Shown: one piece after another, positions 12,904 through 22,300 of the stretch | Layout: each line of letters begins with the position of its first letter | Position numbering within the stretch: position 1 is the first letter of the stretch | From: Balanoglossus misakiensis | Taxonomy: Eukaryota > Animalia > Hemichordata | Length of the DNA stretch: 64,000 nucleotides | Assembly: GCA_040954595.2 (NCBI GenBank) | Contig: CM082590.2 | Location: 3,038,001-3,102,000 of the forward strand | Direction: 5' to 3' | Position numbers and translations under genes: made by a program | Notes under the pieces: model-generated | What the model was told of the DNA's origin: nothing | Databases searched by the model: none | What the model saw: the letters and a program-made list of their open reading frames with translations, nothing else

Positions 12904-15900
12904 CCACCGTCACTTTCAATATCGTCGTCACCAATGGCAGGAACCACCTGCACGCCATTAGTTCTGAGAAATGGACAAAAAATCCTAACAATGCTCATGA
13001 CTTGTCCATCAGAGTTTGTCAGTCAGCTGTTAGTACAAATGTTGTAAGTTGATGTTTCATTCATAAAAGAAAATTTATCATATATATGAATTTTAGCGTC
13101 CAACACTTAGGCTTTTTTTAACCATGAGGATATTTTGCCTTCCATTTGTTGTGTACCCATCCAATAAGGAACTTTGATGATAGTGATAAATGCGCACTTA
13201 CATTATAGAAATATCAAAGCTGGGCTCATAGTCATAATCATCATCGTCACATAGGTTCATGTCTTCCTCTTTGTCTTCCTCAGAAATATCAATGCTCAAC
13301 CTGGTAGTAATAAAACCAAGGAATTAATCTGAATAGTGGGACAATGCTGCTCACTAAAAATACATATAGTCACTCATAAGCACAAAAAAGAAAGAAAACA
13401 TTTCCCATGAATTTAAGTACAAGCAAATGTTCTGACACACGTGATGCATGTCATGAAACTGATTTTCCCAACAAATTTAAATTTAGTGTAACAGGAGAAA
13501 AGAAGCAATCGAAAAGGCTTGCTCAAGCAAGGGATACATGCATGCCGTATATGACAATAGAATAAGGAAAACTTACTCAAATGGATTGATGAAAGACTCA
13601 GACAAATTTCTTGGAAATCTTACACGGCCGCTGGAGAAAAAAATGACAAAATAGGCACACATGAGACGGCAATATGTACTGAACTAATTTACAGCTGTGA
13701 ACTAAATATAACACACATGAAAATTGAACTCTGAAACAAAGTGACAGGGGCACACAGGGACAGCAGCATCACTGCTTATTTTTACAGGTTCCTCTCTATC
13801 TTGGTTTCACACAAGTAAATTTAGGGTGATTGGTAAACATTTGCCATTTTGCTTTCTAAGAAATATTTTCATGTTGATAGCTACACAGAATAACTTATTC
13901 ACACAAGCATAAGCAAGGGAGTTAGAAATTAGTACATTTACATGTATGTAAAGCAGTCGCTCCTGCTTTTGTCCTAAAGCAGGAGATTAATGTTTATCAC
14001 AAAAGGTACAAAAGAGGGGGGAAAGCCACATTTCACTATAAAAGTTTACCTAACTACAGTTTATCTTCAGATTATTAGAATCTCACACTCCCAAGGACCT
14101 GGGATCACATTTCTCACAAGAGTTGGGGATTTTCTGTCCCACACGAGCCGCAGGCTCGTGTGGGACAGAATATCCCCGACGAGTGTGAGAAATATGATCC
14201 CAGGTCCTTGGTGTGTGAGATTCTTTTTCTCACACGGTCACAAATTAGCCAAGTTCGTTAAAAACATTGAATAAATGACTCTGGAATTGTTGTCTGGGGG
14301 CACGTTGTAGTCTCTGTGCCTGTAATACACATCGCGCCATTGGATAACATTTAGTGCGCGTAGCGACAGAACACTTTGTCAACCAATCAGCACTCACGTC
14401 ATATACAGCTTTCTATTCAGTGAGATTGTGAGAACAATTTGTTCCCACACTCTGTTCTCACACTCCCAGCGTACGGGGAGTGTAAGAAAAGATAGTGTCA
14501 TACCTTTCACTTTGTACTGGCTGTGATGGGCCTTCTGTAGATTCCATAGGTTTCTCTTGTGATGATTCTCCTATCTCCTGAACATCTATCTCTGCAATTC
14601 CAGAGATGGAAGAAACCCTGTACAAAGAAAAAAAAGACTAAAATTTGATACATGACAAACTAGGTCTGCACAAACGTTGTAGGTTCCAGTTCCCCCTAAT
14701 CCCCCAACCAGTAAGCAGTGAAAAACCTATGTTTGCTGGATTAAAACCATAGACGTGAATGTCTTGGTCAACACACTGAATAAATTGTATAGGATGATTT
14801 TGGTTGTTTATTGGAGGGCAAATGTCAGGTATACTTCGCCATTGTTATGTTGATTATTGTCACCTGAGAGTTTGAGCAGAGGCTTTTCCTCATACTACAG
14901 ATTGTGGCTAGAAGCATTGAAATTATCATGTAATGTAAAAAAAACAGTGCTTAAACACCTACCTGACTGATGATATTTCTGATGCAACTAATTCTTCTAA
15001 ATTTTTTTCGATATCACAAAGATGGCCATTTCCTGGCGTTGATGTCATAGGAAAAGTTTGGGTGGCTTGTCCTTGATCATCACGTTGCCTATAAATTTTA
15101 AGAAACAAATATATACTTTTAGGTATTCCCATCTATCACACAGATAACTATGTGGAATGCAACATTTCATTGTTTCATTTCTATAAATTATATTACGGAC
15201 ACAATTACTTTTCATGAGCCATAAAAACATGTCACCTCTTTAAAACAATATACATCATGTATACTGCAAGAGCCCCATCAAATATGAAAATCTAGTGTGT
15301 ACTATACAAAGCTCAAAGTATCATGATCAAAATTTATTTGGTACCTAGTTTCCATAGACGGTGCAAATACTTGCAGTGTTTCTTGGCCACTTGGAGATGA
15401 TGCAGGCCTGGTAAATTCTGCATCTGTTGTTGCTGTAACTTGATGTTCATAATACCTGTCCACACAAATAATAAGACACAATGAACCTTTTTTGCCTTTA
15501 CAATGGCTTGTTTACGTAGCCAATTTCTGTCTTTAGAATGGATTACACACAGCCATAATTTGCCTCAGAGGACATGTTACAGACACGTAAGGTGAGAATA
15601 AGATAACTACGAGAAAATAGCCAAATTTTTCTTCAGTTCATATACAGCTCAAGAAATGTACACAACTGGCTATAACAAAACGGAAGTTGTAGCAGAACAA
15701 AGAACAACCAAATTCCGCTATAAGCATATTGTCTCGTATGTTCGATAACAGTAATACATGTAGATTGTCCGGAGGAAAAAAAAGAAAAAAAAAAAAAATT
15801 GCAGTACCGTACAATTTATCTCGCATAGTCATACATTGATACAAACGGTCCAGCGTACTACATACAACTGCTGGTCGAGGGCGAGGTATGCGCTGGGCAA

Positions 15901-16278
15901 AATCACTAAGTGAAATACGACTTGAAACAGCACATTTAGAATTACATTGAGATGATGCTCGCAGTGATTCTGTGAGACACAGATTCTAAATTCATGTACA
16001 CAATTCATGCCGTATCTTTGGCTATGGAGTACGTACACAGTGAATGCACGAATATGTACTTACCGGTCGATCAGTACCTTTGCGACCTGGCGGTTCGTTT
16101 CCAATACCAAGGAGCGTTTGATTTCATTCCAACGATGAATTTCCGAGAAAATGTTTATCTGACCTACTTGTTTCAGCAATTGTTTACGTTTTTTTGCCGA
16201 AGCAGTGGTTTGTGGGCGGCCACGAGCACGTTTACGTTTACCACTGCTACTGGGAACAGACGCCAAAGCATCCGCCAT
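3537..16278 (-). CDS. Kolobok-type DDE transposase, 14 exons (~789 aa): 16278-16064, 15455-15345, 15088-14963, 14617-14504, 13630-13577, 13300-13202, 12963-12666, 12381-12099, 11808-11572, 10601-10525, 5236-5132, 4874-4654, 4266-4102, 3801-3537
   Basis: All junctions are GT..AG with consistent phases; 2370 nt open to TGA. Motifs: GDGRMDSPGFCAQYCTY (D1), VVTDAH (D2), HSHDIWHAAKNL, WVTHIVNHFWYCC, HHVVDEHTW, CDHGPL, STAELESFQQHILMYASKR (E), ARNILAALDHN. The small acidic N-terminal exons are less certain than the core. Confidence 0.85.
5266..5419 (-). repeat. 3' LTR of Gypsy element 1
   Basis: TGTGATGTCCGGGG...TACTATCACA, identical to 10113-10266. Confidence 0.95.
5671..8490 (-). CDS. pol: pol (RT, RNase H, integrase) of Gypsy element 1; premature TAA at 5893-5895
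   Basis: IRLCLDMR, MHDD (RT), SDASPVG and TDHKPL (RNase H), H..HQG..C..C zinc finger, SDNGPPF and NGSVER (integrase). The frame continues past the stop to RRSTRIKSKPPWHKDY..TAG at 5671. Confidence 0.93.
8381..10012 (-). CDS. gag: gag-protease of Gypsy element 1; frameshifted from pol at an A6 run (~8470-8475)
   Basis: Two CCHC knuckles (CFRCGRKGHMQREC, CFRCQKPGHRAADC), protease IIDSGA, then YPEVFNGLGKL..PIAQYRRIPF leading into RT. Confidence 0.92.
   Translation of the reverse strand: MKMSTPVTLSGLPGVAGFDCEGEPEALQQRWERWLQEFELFVAASGVSNNAQKRALLLHMAGAGIRDIVSTKSEDETGDVTNCATLIACLDKHFQLQKNVPMARQKFYSATPTSGETVDSYVIRLKNLLKDCDFPETEKDNQIRDRVLLYISDKVLKSKLYREKNLDTTKLLQIIRSYHDKDALVLVSGTQAVSANAVNIGGKRTRAKNKMADLACFRCGRKGHMQRECRASTSGSSRNAEQKSDRCFRCQKPGHRAADCRAKWEDCPSKDSENGNSRGSGGNRSARGRGRTRGDGRGTHKVAQTTTDANADGGHADVETDEEKAYYAFNAAFRASSGKDLTDTGIQIENQHVPVIIDSGATCNLIGERQFRRLAEKRGVKVRNCNNKVFTYGSSKPLDILGKCALHVEAPTKKKCIADFIVIKADQPILLSRSTSENLDMLRVGNVNLYTINSISADNSSPILAELRRKYPEVFNGLGKLKGYKLHLHIDESVKPIAQYRRIPFNRRAKVVEKTQRASKAGSNREGFGSDLLGQPPCNSTKA
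10096..10108 (-). promoter_or_regulatory. Primer binding site, complementary to the tRNA-Ser(GCU)-like 3' end
   Basis: Minus strand TGGCGACGAGGAT, 4 nt inside the 5' LTR; matches a ...ATCCTCGTCG-CCA tRNA end (tRNA assignment from recall). Confidence 0.75.
10113..10266 (-). repeat. 5' LTR of Gypsy element 1
   Basis: Identical to 5266-5419 and adjacent to the PBS. Confidence 0.95.
10753..11547. mobile_element. Non-autonomous TTAA-TSD DNA transposon (second Kolobok-like family) in transposase intron 9
   Basis: TTAA GATGGGTCCCTAGGATCTTTTTGCTCGTTGCTATGGGCCTTTATAGGACA ... TGTCCTATAAAGGCCCATAGCAACGGGCAAAAAGATCCTAGGGACCCATC TTAA; ~65 bp TIRs with purine-purine termini; GC-richer interior without a credible ORF. 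Confidence 0.88.
14062..14494. mobile_element. Hairpin-rich non-autonomous element (possibly Crypton-type) in transposase intron 4
   Basis: Near-perfect palindrome 14077-14224 (arms ~70 bp), a second hairpin at 14455-14488, and TATCTT/AAGATA ends. The family assignment is inference. Confidence 0.6.
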
Positions 16279-16384
16279 GACTGTCGCTACAGCTATAATT
16301 ATATGTATGACGTTTCATTTTGTGTATATACCCTTGCACATGCGCACATTGGTAATGATCGAAGCCCGGCCCGCGTCCGCGCTC

Positions 16385-16570
16385 GAATAAATGGTAAAGA
16401 ACGATTATTCATTTTGGTGATTTTTTTACTCTCGTGTCTACAAGCGGGATGGAACTTGTGTGTGGTCGAACGTTGATTCACTATATATCAACATTTAAAA
16501 TAACATACACAGTGTCTTGAATGAATCAAAATTAATGGAAAAAAGGCAAAAAGAGAGAGACTTTGTCCCT
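16385..16570. repeat. Right terminal inverted-repeat region of the Kolobok element
   Basis: Co-linear with the right arms of MITEs 2572-2914 and 18331-18661; ends GACTTTGTCCCT|TTAA. Confidence 0.82.
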
Positions 16571-16895
16571 TTAAGTCAAAGGCTGATATTTCTCACTGTG
16601 TGTGACCAGGGTATCATTTTAAACACAGACTGGACTTTGACTACTGTGTCCAATGGAAAAAATACATCAGCATCTATGTCTGCAAAAAGGTGTCAAAACT
16701 GACATATCTTATCATGTATGTCATCAAACTCAAAGGATAATATCTTCATTTCATGTGACCTGCCTGGTTAAAGTTTACCGCCAACATTTCACCATGCTTT
16801 ACCCACCCATGGCACAGTGTGTCAAATCCAATATTTTGTTCAATGAATGAACCATGAAAGTTTCCGAATTGGTACTACCCGAAAACTGCATGGCA

Positions 16896-17530
16896 AGCTA
16901 AATTTGGAATTTGGATGGGGTGGGGAGGTAAAGCTAACCTAACGTACAGTCGTTTAGATTTAACATTATGCCTGTGAGTTACATGTTAATATTTTCTGCA
17001 TGTCTGTCGCGTACAATGCGTCGGTGCGGAAAAATGATCACAGGTACTATTCAGAAGAATTCCGCTGAATCATGGTGACGATGTGCATGGAAAAATCCTG
17101 ATTATGATCTAACTGATATACAATAGCATGATATTAATAAAATATACACATTAACCAATGAATGAACCATCGTGAAGATTGTGCCCCAACACTTATTTAA
17201 GCTTTTATCATTATTATACCTTTGTCATTACTAAATATATCAACAGCCCTGTACACCAAAGCTATCACCACATTTGTTAACCTTTATTACACCATTCATA
17301 TGAAACCCTTCACCATCATCAACCTCTATTATATTCATTGTTTTGGCCCATTATAATCTGTGTACCCTCAATTTTACCACAAACCATCACCACATTAGTT
17401 AACTGTTTATTAAACACTTCCACATGTGTTGCCCATTATTATACCATTGAAATTTATAAATCGATCATCATACCTATCATACAAGCAATTGCTGATTGCT
17501 GTTAACCCTTGTGTACCACAAGCCATTATC
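16896..17530 (+). repeat. Diverged dispersed repeat, copy 1 (copy 2 at ~59256-59950)
   Basis: Shared AAGCTAAATTTGGAATTTGGATGGGGTGGGGAGGT, TGTCTGTCGCGTACAATG and TAAAATATACACATTAACCAATGAATGAACCA. Confidence 0.8.
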
Positions 17531-18330
17531 ATGAAATAGGCAACATGAATTTCACATAACACAGTTTGTCAGCTCTGAGAATATTGTTCTCAGGACCATG
17601 TCCCACGCTTAATAAAAGTGTTGTGTATGTGGTACAGTTTAGATTCCTTGTCAGATTTCCCATAACACAGTTCGTGAGCCCCGAAAAGTACCATAACACA
17701 ATTCTCATGAACATTTCCCATGATCAATAAAAGTGTTGTGTGTAGCATAGTCATTTTTCCGTTTGCTGTGACATTTGTCTCCGTGTGAGAGTTTAAGTAA
17801 ATGTGGAAACACGCAAATTAGGCAACATCAATATCCCGTACAGAATTCAGTGTGTTTTGTTCGCATTTTTGGTTGCCATTTTGAAAATGAACAAAGGACT
17901 TTCCATTGACCAACACCCGTATGAATACGTCCAAATTACCCAACTTTAATATTCCTTAAATAATTGGTCAGCTGTGCAAATATTTTTCACCTGACCACTT
18001 CCTTTGCTAAGCAAGAGTGTTTTTTATGTAATAATATTAATATAATATTTATAACGTATGTAGCACATTAAATCTCAATGTGCTTTAAAGTTGTCCCATG
18101 GTCATTTGATTTAGGTCGTTGGACATAAATATTCCATTCAACTCCCTGGGGAGCAAACAACATCTCACCATCTTTAGAAATGTCAAATTACAGTGCTTTT
18201 GGCCACGTATTAACCTGGGGATTTACAGTTAACTTTAAATACACATGCATATGCATTTAATCCCCATGTGACTATAAAACAGTTTGTAAATGTGAATATG
18301 TCCACATTACACAACTTGAATTTTACTTAA

Positions 18331-18661
18331 AGGGACAAAGTGTCTCTCTCGCTGCCCTTTTTACCATTAATTATGTTTGATACAAGACATCGTTTATGTT
18401 GGCTGTATAGTGAATCAATGTTCGACCAAACACAACTTCCACCCCACTTGTACACACAAGAATGAAAAAACTCGCCAAAATGAATAATCGGTGTTTACCA
18501 TTTATTCATTTTTGCGAGATTTTTACTCTCAGATTCTACAAACGGGATGAAAGTTGTTGGTTGAATGTTGATTCACTATATAGCCACATGCAGAATAACA
18601 TAAATGGGTTCATGTATCAAACTTAATTGAACAATGGTGGCGAAAGAGAGACTTTGCCCCT
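18331..18661. mobile_element. Non-autonomous Kolobok-type fold-back MITE, same family as 2572-2914
   Basis: TTAA (18327-18330) AGGGACAAAGTGTCTCTCTCGCTGCCC ... GAGAGACTTTGCCCCT TTAA (18662-18665). Confidence 0.88.
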
Positions 18662-18744
18662 TTAAACAATTGGTCAGCTCTGCGAATATAGTTCACCTGA
18701 CCACTTCCTTTGCTAAGTAAGAGTGTTGTTTATATAATGATATC

Positions 18745-19073
18745 AATATAATATTTATTACTTATATAGCACATTACACAATAAATCTCAATGTGCTGCT
18801 TCAAAGTGTTTCCCATGGTAATTTGACCTAGGTCGGTGGACCTAAAATATTCCATCCCACTCCATGGGGAGCAAACAACAGCTCACATGTGCAGCTTTTA
18901 TATCAGCACAGCAGACCTAAACATACTCATTACAATATCGGATCCACCAAATTACCTTTTCTTATGGGCGGGGAGAGGCAAGGAGATGTAAACACCACAA
19001 CACCACAACCATGCCAGGGATCAAACCCTTGATTCTTTGATTATGGGTCTGATGCTCTAACGACTGGACTATG
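18745..19073 (-). mobile_element. Degenerate tRNA-derived SINE; 3' fragments also at ~18040-18165 and ~19360-19490
   Basis: Minus-strand head AGTCCAGTCGTTAGAGCATCAGAC...AAGGGTTTGATCCCTGGC (A/B-box-like), body TTGCCTCTCCCCGCCCA ... GCTCCCCATGGAGTGG, AT-rich tail. Confidence 0.55.
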
Positions 19074-19215
19074 ACTTTATGTGGCACAATGACCTTTCCA
19101 TTTAGTGCCTTGTTCAGCTCTCAGTCAGGGTTTAAGCAAATATGGAAACATGCATATTAGGCTCTTTGAATTTCCAAAAATTTTAAGTTTTATAGGTAGG
19201 CATGTATGATAAAGA

Positions 19216-19354
19216 GGTTATTACACGAATTTTGGTCGATAACGCGACGCATTCTCGTGATGTCTGTATTTTGACTCGTTGCGAAGCGCAACTCATCAAA
19301 ATACGGACATCACTCGAATACGACGCGTTATCGACCAAAATTCGTGTAATAACC
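19216..19354. repeat. ~140 bp palindromic element
   Basis: GGTTATTACACGAATTTTGGTCGATAACGCG ... CGCGTTATCGACCAAAATTCGTGTAATAACC, centred on TTGCGAAGCGCAA. Confidence 0.85.
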
Positions 19355-22300
19355 CCTAAATATTAATATAATATTTATAACTTATGTAGCACATTAAATC
19401 TCAACATGCTTTAAAGTTGTCCCATGGTAATTTGACCTAGGTCGTTGGATCTTACTATTCCATTCAACTCCCTGGGGAGCAAACAACATCTCACCATCAT
19501 TAGAAATGTCAAATTACAGTGCTTTTGGCCACGTATTAACCTGGGGATTTACAATCAACTTTAAATCCACATATGCACCATATTCCAATGTCAATGTGAA
19601 GGGCTTGAAATACCATCTACCCTGATGCATCATCAAGTTTGTTTCGACAACTTTAAATCCCCTTCAGCAAGCATTTTATACCCATGTCAAAGTGCAGAGC
19701 TTGCATCACCATCTATCCTGATGCATCATCAAGCTGCTTCGCCATTTGCCCTGATGCAAAGAATCAGATATAGTGTCACCATTGCATTAGCAATGTCAAA
19801 TTACAGTGCTTTTGGCCAGGCATTAACCTGGGGATTTACAATCAACTTTAAATCCCCATATGCACTATATTCCAATGTCAATGTGAAGGGCTTGAAATAC
19901 CATCTACCCTGATGCATCATCAAGTTTGTTTCGACAACTTTAAATCCCCCTCAGCAAGCATTTTATACCCATGTCAAAGTGCAGAGCTTGCATCACCATC
20001 TATCCTGATGCATCATCAAGCTGCTTCGCCATTTGCCCTGATGCAAAGAATCAGATATAGTGTCACCATTGCATTAGCAATGTCAAATTACACTGCTTTT
20101 GGCCATGTATTAACATCGGGATTTATAATCAACTTGAAATCCCCATATGCTTTTTATACCCATGTCAAAGCGAAGTGTTTGCATCACTATCTACAGTAAT
20201 GCATCGTCAAGCATGCTTCGCCATTTGCCGTAATGCAAAGAATCAGATTCAATGTCACCATTGCATTCGCAATGTCAAATTACTGTGCTTTTGGCCACAT
20301 ATTAACCTGGCGATTTACAGTCAACTTTAAACATCAGTGCATATGCATTAAATACACATGTCAAAGTGCAGTGTCTCCATCACCATTGATCCTGATGCAT
20401 CATCAAGCATGCTTCGTTATATGCCCTGGTGCAAAGAATCAGATTTAGTATCACAGTAGCATTAGCCATGTCAAATTACAGTGCTTTTGGCTATGTATTA
20501 ACCTAGGGATTTACACTCAACTTTAAATCCCCATATGCATTATATGCCAATGTCAATGTGAAGGGCTTGAAATACCATCTACCCTGATGCATCATCAAGT
20601 TTGTTTCGCCATTAACCCTGATGCAAATAATCAGTGTCACCATAGCATTAGCAATGTCAATTTACTGAGCGTTTGGCCATGTATTAACTTGGGGGTTTAC
20701 AATCAACTTTAAATCCCCATATGCATTATATTGCAATGTTAACTTGAACGGCTTGAAACACCATCTATACTGATGCATCATCAAGCTTTCTTTACAATTT
20801 ACCCTGATGCAAAGAATCAGATTTAGTGTCGCCATAGCATTAGCAATGGCAAATAAAAGTGTTTTCGGCCACATATTAACCCAGGGATTTATAATCAACT
20901 TGAAATCCCCATATGAATTTTATACCCATGTCAAAGCGAAGTGCTTGCATCAATATCTACCGTGATGCATCATCAAGCTTGCTTCGCCATTTGCCCTAAT
21001 GCAAAGAATCAGATTCAATGTCACTGTAGCATTAGCAATGTCAAATTACAGTTCGTTTGGCCGTATACTAACCTGGGGATTTACAATCAACTTTAAATCC
21101 CCATATGCATTATATTCTAATGTCAATGTGAAGGGCTTGAAACACCATCTATCCTGATGCATCATCAAGCTTGCTTCACCATTTTCCCTGATGCAAAGAA
21201 TCAGATTTAGTGTCACGGTAGCATTAGCAAATCCCCATATGCATTTAACACCCACGTCAAAGTGAAGTGTTTGCATCCCTATCTACCGTGATGCATCATC
21301 AAGCTTGCATCGCCATTTACCCTGATGCAAAGAATCAGATTCAATATCATCGTTGCATTAGCAATGTCAAATTACAGTGCTTATGGCCACGTATTAACCT
21401 GGGAATTTACAGACAACTTTAAATACCCATGCATATGCATTAAATACCTATGTCAAAGTGCAGAGCTTGCATCACCATCTATCCTGATGCATCATCAAGC
21501 TGCTTCGCCATTTGCCCTGATGCAAAGAATCACATTCAATGTCACCATTGCATTAGCAATTTTAAATTACAGTGTTTTTGGCCATGTATTAACCTAGGGA
21601 TTTGCAATTAACTTTAAATCCCCATATGCGTTATATTCCAATGTCAAGTGAAGGGCTTGAAACACCATCTATCCTGATGCATCATCAAGCTTGCTTCACA
21701 ATTTACCCTGATGCAAAAAAATCACATTCAGCGTCACCATTTCATTAGCAATGTCAAATTACAGTGATTATGGCCACGTATTAACCTGGGGATTTACAGA
21801 CAACATTAAATACCCATGCATATACATTAAATACCTATGTCAAAGTTCAGAGCTTGCATCACCATCTACTCTGATGCATCATCAAGCTTGCATCGCCATT
21901 CCCCCTAATGCAAAGAATCAGATTCAATGTCACCCTTGCATTAGCAATTTTAAATTACAGTGCTTTTGGACATGTATTAACCTAGGGATTTTCAATCAAC
22001 TTTAAATCCCCATATGCGTTATATTCCATTGTCAATGTGAAGGGCTTGAAACACCATCTGTCCTGATGCATCATCAAGCTTGCTTCACAATTTACCCCGA
22101 TGGAAAGAATCAGATTTAATGTCACGGTAGCATTAGCAATGTCAAACTACAGTGCTTATGGCCACGTATCAACCTGGGGATTTACAATCAACTTTAAATC
22201 CCCATATGCGTTATATTCCAATGTCAATGTGAAGGGCTTGAAATACCATCTACCCTGATCCATCATCAAGCTGCTTCCCCATTTGCCCTGATGCAAAGAA

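Larger units (their letters stand above)
1..16570 (-). mobile_element. Kolobok-superfamily DNA transposon, left end outside the window; transposase plus KolX-type gene, tail-to-tail
   Basis: Ends ...GACTTTGTCCCT at 16570 followed by TTAA (16571-16574). The terminal ~185 bp match the arms of two TTAA-flanked MITEs. Contains a Kolobok-like DDE transposase and a convergent P2X7-C-terminus-like gene, the known two-gene layout of Kolobok elements. Confidence 0.8.

Noticed and set aside
15994-16476. 160-aa plus-strand ORF
   Set aside because: Overlaps transposase exon 1 in antisense and runs into the TIR; no motifs.
19010-19073. tRNA gene
   Set aside because: Degenerate boxes, no convincing cloverleaf, and contiguous with a SINE body.
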